DNA from: an uncultured Prevotellaceae bacterium | GTDB taxonomy: Bacteria > Bacteroidota > Bacteroidia > Bacteroidales > Bacteroidaceae | Direction: 5' to 3' | Assembly (NCBI GenBank): GCA_902801155.1 | Contig: CADCHG010000003.1 | Span: forward strand, 16,831 to 80,830 | DNA: 64,000 nt | The notes under the pieces: generated by a model | Seen by the model: the letters and a program-made list of their open reading frames with translations, nothing else | Database searches by the model: none | Told to the model about the DNA's origin: nothing | Position numbers and translations under genes: made by a program | Shown here: positions 57,525-64,000 of the stretch, one piece after another | Layout: every line of letters starts with the position of its first letter | Position numbering within the stretch: the stretch's first letter is position 1

Positions 57525-58928
57525 CTACCACGCCCTCTTCGCCTTCAATTCTATGTATTTGCTTAGTATGCCGAAGGAGAGAGCCTCTGGATGTATGGAA
57601 AGACAGTAGATGCCGTTTTGCTGAAGGGTGTCGGCTATAAGTTGTTTTTGGTTCACCATGTCTTTGGCGAGGGTACTCTCCACGCATAGGGAGTGTGTTC
57701 TGCCTATATACTTTGTTCGCAAGTTCATCAAGCTAAAGCTAGTTCTTCGCTTGGGCTCATCAAGCTGCGTAAATCTACTTTCATCTAACCCTTTTCTACT
57801 TTCTGCCATGTCTTCAAGTTCACGGTCAAGGCAGTTTACTATAACAAGACAGTTGCGTGAAGAAATACGCTTGAAGAACTGCAACTGACGTTCAAGGACT
57901 GATATAGTAGGAATCTCAGTATATAGGAATATCAGACTTCTGCGCTTTACGTTACGGTCTATTACAAGACAGAGCTGCTCAATGTCGCTCTCGCCATACT
58001 CCGTGTCAAGAGCATATAGTTGCTGCATTATACTGTTGAACTGCGGTTTTCCTGCCCTCGGAGGCAGAAAACTTATCCCCTTGGGACCGTATGAGCAGAC
58101 GCCTACGCAGTCTGACTCCCTTTCCAAAGCGGAGTAGGACACGAGCAGAGAGGCATTAATGGCATGGTCTTGAAGAGATAGGGAGTTAAAGGTGCGTTGC
58201 ATGGCTGTCCCGCAGTCAATCACGTTGATGACGTGCTGTGAACGCTCATCCTCGTATTCATTCACCATGGTATGCCCTGTTCTTGCCGTCGCCTTCCAGT
58301 TTATGGTACGTATATCATCGCCTGTCACATACTCTCTAATATCACGGAACTCGGTCTTGTTGGCAGGCAATTGCCTCTTGTGGTTTCCTGTTGATATTGT
58401 CTGTCGGGACCGCACCAGTTCGTCCTTCTCGCGGAGTCTTGAGAATGCAGGATATACATCAACCTCCTGTCCTTCCGGTTGGAGTATTATTCTGCGTTCA
58501 AGCAGTCCAAGACATGATGCATAGACGAGAGACCTGCCAAGTAGGAAATGTCCCCTTTTGCAATTGAAGATTGAAAGTTGAGAATTGAAAGTAATCCTAT
58601 CTTCACTTTCCATCTTTATTTTTTCATTCTCCTTTTGGTGAAATTCAGATGGTATCTCGTCAATGACGTAGGCACTCATAATCCATCCTTTTCTTATTTT
58701 GAAAGATATGGAATATACGTTTTCTTCGCCAAGGTCGAGTTTTGAGGCAATATCCCTTCCGCCATCGATATGCAGCAGCATTAGCAGCACGGTATCAATA
58801 GCCGATGCCATGACAAACAGGCATAGCAATACGAGTGCTATGCCATACAGCGCATCGACCATCACACCAAGGGCTGATATGGTTGCAATGGCAAACAGGA
58901 TAATGAAAAATCGCTTTTTTATGAACAT
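57525..58928 (-). CDS. DUF58 (VWA-like) protein carrying two repeat-derived segments
   Basis: EFRDIREYVTGDDIRTINWKATAR, VNEYEDERSQ, IDCG motifs; follows MoxR. Confidence 0.92.
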   Translation of the reverse strand: MFIKKRFFIILFAIATISALGVMVDALYGIALVLLCLFVMASAIDTVLLMLLHIDGGRDIASKLDLGEENVYSISFKIRKGWIMSAYVIDEIPSEFHQKENEKIKMESEDRITFNSQLSIFNCKRGHFLLGRSLVYASCLGLLERRIILQPEGQEVDVYPAFSRLREKDELVRSRQTISTGNHKRQLPANKTEFRDIREYVTGDDIRTINWKATARTGHTMVNEYEDERSQHVINVIDCGTAMQRTFNSLSLQDHAINASLLVSYSALERESDCVGVCSYGPKGISFLPPRAGKPQFNSIMQQLYALDTEYGESDIEQLCLVIDRNVKRRSLIFLYTEIPTISVLERQLQFFKRISSRNCLVIVNCLDRELEDMAESRKGLDESRFTQLDEPKRRTSFSLMNLRTKYIGRTHSLCVESTLAKDMVNQKQLIADTLQQNGIYCLSIHPEALSFGILSKYIELKAKRAW

Positions 58929-58948
58929 GGAATTCTCGCGGAAAAATT

Positions 58949-59917
58949 TCAATTTTCAATTGCCACGCTGTCTATAATCTGCTTTACGAGTTGTGATACG
59001 GTCATGCCGTTAAGCTCTGCCTCTGCCGTAAGCGTCACTCTGTGGGCAAGTACGTAAGGAGCTAGGAAATGAATGTCATCGGGAGTGACGAAATCCCTTC
59101 CTGATAGTATGGCATGAGCCTTGGCAGTCTGCAATAGTGCGATGGAAGCACGTGGAGAGCCTCCAATCCACGTATAGGCAGAGTTGCGTGTGGCTGCAAC
59201 GATATTACACAGATACTTCATCAATGAATCATCTACCACCACATCTTTGAGCATATTCCTGAGTGTTCTGAGTTCGTCCAGTGTGAGTACAGGTCTGTCG
59301 AAGCGTACCTCATGCAATCTGTTGCCCTGATGATACTCTTGAAGGATCTTCAGTTCAGACTCCACTGAAGGATATCCCACGGTAACTTTTAGGAGGAAAC
59401 GGTCCATCTGAGCCTCTGGCAGACGGTAAGTACCCTCTTGGTCAATAGGGTTCTGCGTTGCCATCACCATGTAAAAGTCGGGTAGGGGATAGGTGGTACC
59501 GTCGAATGTAACCTGTCTTTCCTCCATACACTCAAACAGGGCAGCCTGTGTCTTAGCAGGGGCGCGGTTAATCTCATCCACAAGCAGGAACTGCGTAAAG
59601 ACAGGTCCCTTGCGGAAGGTGAAGTCCTGCGTCTGGGTGTTTAGGATTGATGTACCTACAACATCGGTAGGCATAAGGTCTGGAGTGAATTGCAGGCGCT
59701 TGAAATCTGCGCTTATAAGTTGTGCGAGCGTCTTTGCCATAAGTGTCTTTGCCACTCCTGGTACACCCTCAAGCAAAACGTGACCATCGGCAAGAAGAGC
59801 AGTGAGCAAAAGCTCAAGAACCTCATCCTGTCCTTTTACAATACTGTTGACTGCATACTTCAATTCTGCAATCTTGGAGTTGAACTCCGTTAGGTCTATA
59901 CGTGATGAATATTCCAT
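58949..59917 (-). CDS. moxR: MoxR-family AAA+ ATPase
   Basis: GHVLLEGVPGVAKT, QFTPDLMP.D, DEINRAPAKTQAAL, ATQNP..QEGTY.LPEAQMDRF, SPRAS. Confidence 0.96.
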   Translation of the reverse strand: MEYSSRIDLTEFNSKIAELKYAVNSIVKGQDEVLELLLTALLADGHVLLEGVPGVAKTLMAKTLAQLISADFKRLQFTPDLMPTDVVGTSILNTQTQDFTFRKGPVFTQFLLVDEINRAPAKTQAALFECMEERQVTFDGTTYPLPDFYMVMATQNPIDQEGTYRLPEAQMDRFLLKVTVGYPSVESELKILQEYHQGNRLHEVRFDRPVLTLDELRTLRNMLKDVVVDDSLMKYLCNIVAATRNSAYTWIGGSPRASIALLQTAKAHAILSGRDFVTPDDIHFLAPYVLAHRVTLTAEAELNGMTVSQLVKQIIDSVAIEN

Positions 59918-59930
59918 ATTTTTATTTTTT

Positions 59931-59990
59931 TTCGCTAAGGCTCAACAATCTGCGCAAGTTTTTCGCATAGCTGTCAAGCTAAAGCAAGTT
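59931..59990 (-). repeat. Tandem pair of ~30-bp AACTTGCTTTAGCTTGATGAGCCTAAGCGAA-type repeats
   Basis: Other copies at 2802-2831 (+), 56369-56397 (+) and in-frame in DUF58 at 57716-57775 (-). Confidence 0.8.
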
Positions 59991-59993
59991 TCC

Positions 59994-61343
59994 TCAATTG
60001 ATTGTATCTAATTGTTCCAGACAAAGCCTGTACGACTTGGCATCCACCTGTACCCCGCTTGCTGTCAGCTCCTCCAGAGTGGAGAGCACCTCCTTGACGC
60101 GTTCCTCATTGAGTCCTCTGTTTGCTGCCAGGATGCTTGCAAACTGTGATACTTCAGAGAAATCCCTTGTCCGCATATCAAAGTAGAACTCCTTGCGAAG
60201 TTTGTAGAGCAGCACACGCTTCTCTATGCGCAGCAGTTCACGGTAGTCCGTGTCGTCTGTGTATATTGTGGCAAGATGTCTGATAAAGTTAATGTTTGAG
60301 TTCTGCACCTTTTTGTTCACATTCTCAGGTCTGCGTCTGCGTCGTGTGTTGAAGATGATGGCAAGGGCAAGGGCTGCGCACAACAGCCATAGGAACAGAG
60401 CGGTGGCAGGATGTTTAAGCAGAACCATGAACGGGGTGCCGTCAGTGTCATTTTCATCCTCATAGTCATTGTAGATGATAATCAGAGGCAGTGACTTGTC
60501 AAACGTACACTCCATGATATGCTCCATGCCAATACGCAGATCCTTATTCTGCACAGCATAGTTGGTGAAGAATAAATGGTTGTTGAAGCTTAGTGTGATA
60601 CATCCTTTTCCTATATCCCTCCTTGCTGCCACGTCCCATTTGTCGTTAAAGGATATGAGCGGTGTGTATGAGCCTAAGGGAAGGTCACCGTAAAAATCAC
60701 AGTATTCGTCTGCTATTACTATGCCGTCTTCTGTGGTGTCGTTCTGTAAGCTGTCCTCCTGTAAAATACAGATAGTCTCTGTCACCATATTCTCCCATAC
60801 CATGATAGAGTCTGGTTTGCCGTTCGACTTTTCGCACAGATACAGACTTATACGGCTTATCTCGTTTTCCCTGTCAAGGAAGTCCTGAATGTTGAAGTAA
60901 TCGCTTTCTCCTCTCCATGTCTCGATAAGCAGACGTCGCGCTATTTCATACTCCATATCGGCAATAAGCACTCTGTTGCCTGTGTTTGCCATGCTTATGA
61001 GCTGAAAGATATGTGCTGAGTCTGCCACCTGATATCCGGAATTGACAAACAGGTAGTTAGCCTTTTTCTTCCCGAATTTGGCAAAGGCGGAATCTGCATC
61101 AGCTTCAACATACAGCTTTCCTTTCCAATAGTCATGCAGATACTCGTCAAGATATTTCGCCCCAAAAGGCTCTTTCGACTTCGTGCTGCCCATCTGTTTT
61201 TCGTCCCATTCGTATTGCGGTATCTGGTCATAGAGTCGCTTGCCATAGGGAATTAGGAGAATACATACGATGCAGATGCCAGCCGCAATGTATATCCATG
61301 TGGCGTGCCTGTTCAGGAAGTTCATGCTTTTATTCATGCTCAC
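59994..61343 (-). CDS. DUF4350-like membrane protein
   Basis: N-terminal TM, YEW...SKEPFGA, GKG.ITL...FFTNY, C-terminal TM followed by RRRRRP; MoxR cluster context. Confidence 0.7.
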   Translation of the reverse strand: MSMNKSMNFLNRHATWIYIAAGICIVCILLIPYGKRLYDQIPQYEWDEKQMGSTKSKEPFGAKYLDEYLHDYWKGKLYVEADADSAFAKFGKKKANYLFVNSGYQVADSAHIFQLISMANTGNRVLIADMEYEIARRLLIETWRGESDYFNIQDFLDRENEISRISLYLCEKSNGKPDSIMVWENMVTETICILQEDSLQNDTTEDGIVIADEYCDFYGDLPLGSYTPLISFNDKWDVAARRDIGKGCITLSFNNHLFFTNYAVQNKDLRIGMEHIMECTFDKSLPLIIIYNDYEDENDTDGTPFMVLLKHPATALFLWLLCAALALAIIFNTRRRRRPENVNKKVQNSNINFIRHLATIYTDDTDYRELLRIEKRVLLYKLRKEFYFDMRTRDFSEVSQFASILAANRGLNEERVKEVLSTLEELTASGVQVDAKSYRLCLEQLDTIN

Positions 61344-61944
61344 CTCCTTCCTCTGTCATTGTGCACAGGGTATTGCCGATGGCTGTCACATCATCAAGCA
61401 GTTCCTTGCTTGCAGGGTAGTGTCCGTATTTTATATACAGGAAAGCCATGGTTATCTCCCTGAGCTTGTCTGCACCCCACTCTAATTCCCTTACATACAT
61501 CATTGGAGTCTTCGTGGGTTGCCACACTATCCTCTTCATATTGTCAAGCCTTTGGAGAGTCATAAGATAGCGCAGATGTATGGCAAGTGCGAAGTCGCCA
61601 TCATTAACCGCCTTCTGAATTTCCTGAACGAAGTTATGTCCCCTGATATCAGCATCCTCCGTGGAACCCATTTCCGTGTTGGATGAGAAATACTGTGAAT
61701 CGATGGCTTCAACGGTAGGAGCACGATAGAAACTGCCAAATTCCTTATATATAATCCAGCCAATAAAGCATATCAGGAATACCCACATAAGTATCTGGAT
61801 AACATCGAGCACACCCTCGGGAACATGTATGCTGAAGATAGACCTGAGCAAATCGCTGATAGCATTGTTGAAGTCTATCTTCTCTGTCTTCGAGAGTCGG
61901 AGGATGTCCTCTTCGTAGTCTGGTATGTCGGAAATGTATATCAC
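61330..61944 (-). CDS. DUF4129-like membrane protein
   Basis: TM helix, then GDFALAIHLRYL..L..L...IVWQPTKT...Y..E and F..IKYGHY; GTGA overlap with the upstream gene. Confidence 0.75.
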   Translation of the reverse strand: MIYISDIPDYEEDILRLSKTEKIDFNNAISDLLRSIFSIHVPEGVLDVIQILMWVFLICFIGWIIYKEFGSFYRAPTVEAIDSQYFSSNTEMGSTEDADIRGHNFVQEIQKAVNDGDFALAIHLRYLMTLQRLDNMKRIVWQPTKTPMMYVRELEWGADKLREITMAFLYIKYGHYPASKELLDDVTAIGNTLCTMTEEGGEHE

Positions 61945-62768
61945 TTACCTTGCTGATTTATTCTTTGTTTCTTCCTTGCTTCCTTTTCTGCTTTCTTCTC
62001 CTCTTCACACATCATGCAGTGACCATAGAAGAAGTGCGTGACAATGATTGATATCATGCCGGCAAAGACGTAGCCCACTATCAGGCATTCCAGTATGAGG
62101 CTAATCTGTGTTTCTGAGTCGTTTAATATCCTTGTTATGAGGTCTTTCAGTGCCGGTGATATATATAGTGAAAGTATTCCTGCAAATGATATAATCAACA
62201 GGGTAGGACCTATAATCATCGACATCGTGATTATACTGACTCCGAGAATCATGAACATCAGACTTACGAAGTTGGAAAACGATAGCGTTACCGCATTGCC
62301 TATAGCCGACATCATACCATTCTCGCTGTTTCTATGATGTATCACAAGTGCCATGTTCCTTATCGAGTCAATGAAGAATGGAGCTGCAATTGTCATAGAG
62401 CAGAGAAAACTCGCAGCAACACTTATGCCGCCGATTACAATGGCACTTATGAAGTAGCTCTTCCACAGTTGCCATAGCTCTAACAGTTTTGGTAGTCGCT
62501 TTGGATAGTCGAATTCCTCTGCGTGCTCTGCCACATACATCATCATCGAAGGGACTGTAGGGATGAGAAGTAATGCAACAAAGGCAATCCCAAGCGAGAA
62601 GAGTATGCTCTTCAAGAAGATTATGTTCGCCAGTTCGATGACGGCAAGAATTAGCACAGGCTTCACGGCAAGTTGCATGGCAAGCCTGCTGTGGGTCACA
62701 ATCCACTGGCAGCCCTCCGTAACAACCTGTCCACGTTCCCTTATCTTGTATATCTCCGATTCAGCCAT
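61941..62768 (-). CDS. Integral membrane hypothetical protein
   Basis: Multiple TM helices; overlaps both neighbours. Confidence 0.75.
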   Translation of the reverse strand: MAESEIYKIRERGQVVTEGCQWIVTHSRLAMQLAVKPVLILAVIELANIIFLKSILFSLGIAFVALLLIPTVPSMMMYVAEHAEEFDYPKRLPKLLELWQLWKSYFISAIVIGGISVAASFLCSMTIAAPFFIDSIRNMALVIHHRNSENGMMSAIGNAVTLSFSNFVSLMFMILGVSIITMSMIIGPTLLIISFAGILSLYISPALKDLITRILNDSETQISLILECLIVGYVFAGMISIIVTHFFYGHCMMCEEEKKAEKEARKKQRINQQGK

Positions 62769-63720
62769 TGTCTTTCTTTCCTAATTGTCTTGGCAACAAT
62801 ATTATATAATACACGGAGAATGCAAGACCTGCTACCATAAGCAGTATTCTGACAGCCATAGGCCATTCCTGATGCCTCGTGATGAAACTCTCAATGAATC
62901 CTGCTATCATAAAGAACGGCATCATGGCAAGAGCCATTGTCAATGCCTCCTGTGCCGATTGCATCAGGGCTTTCATGCGTGTCTGTTTCCCGGGGAAAAA
63001 CCATCCCATTCCCAATTGCATTCCTGCGGCACTGCATACTATTGCTGCCGGCAACTCCAGTGAGCCGTGCTCATTTGGAGCTATTAGGGCATCTGTAAGA
63101 TATCCGTTCTGGGCAAAGAATGTTGTGAAGCAGCCCATCATCGTACCGGTTGTTATGGCCATGTAGATGGTGTAGAATGGGGTCAACAGTCCGGATACGA
63201 AGTAGTGAAGGCCTACAAACATATTGTTGGTAGTGATTTTGAAGTACATTTCCACCTCGCCCTCACTGCCGTATATTCCCATTGGATTCCCGCTTTTGAT
63301 GTTGTTCATTGTCTCCTGATAGTATGCTCCAGAGAAGAACGCCTCGAAATAGCCAGTATCAAGGCATTGTGACATTACACCGATACCCCATCCGATAAGG
63401 AACAGACAAAGCGAGAACATCAGAAAATGCCTGCTCCTGTAGAATGACATTGGTACAGTATGTTTGAAGAAATGCAACAACTCCGTCCACCTCTGTGGCT
63501 GTCGCCTGTATAGTATGTGGTGAAACTGCAAGGCAAGGGCGTTGAGATCCTTGCAGACCTGTGTCTCAGGGTAGTGGCTCTGCGCATAGGCAAGGTCGCT
63601 GCATACTGAGAGATAGGCCTGACCGAGTTCATTGGGAGAGTATAGCTTCCAACCGTCAAGCATGTTCTGATACCTGTCCCATTGATATTTATTCTTGGAT
63701 ATAAATCGCCCTTCTGTCAT
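62761..63720 (-). CDS. Stage II sporulation protein M (SpoIIM/DUF95)-family membrane protein
   Basis: M.E..FI..N...W, DLAYAQSHYP, NI..GNPMGIY, HGSLEL, AGFIESFITR. Confidence 0.88.
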   Translation of the reverse strand: MTEGRFISKNKYQWDRYQNMLDGWKLYSPNELGQAYLSVCSDLAYAQSHYPETQVCKDLNALALQFHHILYRRQPQRWTELLHFFKHTVPMSFYRSRHFLMFSLCLFLIGWGIGVMSQCLDTGYFEAFFSGAYYQETMNNIKSGNPMGIYGSEGEVEMYFKITTNNMFVGLHYFVSGLLTPFYTIYMAITTGTMMGCFTTFFAQNGYLTDALIAPNEHGSLELPAAIVCSAAGMQLGMGWFFPGKQTRMKALMQSAQEALTMALAMMPFFMIAGFIESFITRHQEWPMAVRILLMVAGLAFSVYYIILLPRQLGKKDNG

Positions 63721-63861
63721 TGTTTTGTCTAAGGTCTAAAGTCAAAAGTCTAAGGTCTAAAGCTTTCGTCTTTTGCCTTTTTTGACTGCGAAAATACAAA
63801 AATTATTTTGAAAATGATGCTTTTTCCATTTATTTTTCTTACTTTTGCCGTAAAAAGTGAA

Positions 63862-63997
63862 AAAGCCCCCCGCCAGCTCTTTCTACTTCCCCCCCAAGGA
63901 GCGAGGAAAAAGTTTCCTTATCTCGTTTATGAGGGTTAGTTACTAACATTCCCCTCGCCCCTTGGGGAGAGGGTGTCCGTAGGACGGGTGAGGGGCT
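63862..63997. repeat. C/G-tract REP-like inverted pair
   Basis: Right arm CCCCTCGCCCCTTGGGGAGAGGGTGTCCGTAGGACGGGTGAGGGGCT; degenerate left arm AGCCCCCCGCCAGCT...CCCCCCAAGGAGCGAGG. Confidence 0.7.
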
Positions 63998-64000
63998 ATT

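Noticed and set aside
57525-63720. SpoIIM/DUF4129/DUF4350/MoxR/DUF58 cluster as a new system
   Set aside because: A known, widespread gene cluster of unclear function; only the repeat insertions are unusual here.

Overview
Chromosomal window from a Bacteroidales bacterium, probably Prevotellaceae-like (SusC/SusD genes, TAnnTTTG -7 promoter boxes, A-rich translation starts without Shine-Dalgarno sequences). From left to right: an RND efflux operon (the AcrB-type gene runs off the left edge), a LolA-like gene, an HUH/Y1 transposase flanked by REP-like hairpins, an AT-rich secreted protein between two copies of a repeat element, a CPBP protease preceded by a small paralog of its own N-terminus, grpE-dnaJ-folC, deoD, nspC, tRNA-His, two tandem SusC/SusD pairs plus a surface lipoprotein, a DUF6057-like/beta-propeller pair, two VOC genes, a long minus-strand housekeeping run (lnb-like, PafA-like, secA, ABC ATPase, manC, gmd, fcl, purA, hisS, CE12 esterase), envelope genes (OM barrel, lptC, CBS-domain protein, PpiD-like, LptD-like), an SGNH hydrolase and a SpoIIM/DUF4129/DUF4350/MoxR/DUF58 cluster. 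Most protein content is ordinary. The unusual signal is non-coding: several dispersed repeat families, three of which also sit in-frame inside genes (nspC, DUF58); a 149-bp symmetric element with a perfect AT-rich core; 11-bp-period arrays; a candidate sRNA between the two SusC/D pairs; and an identical operator/promoter geometry in front of both susC genes. All family assignments come from motif recognition by eye, with no database searches.
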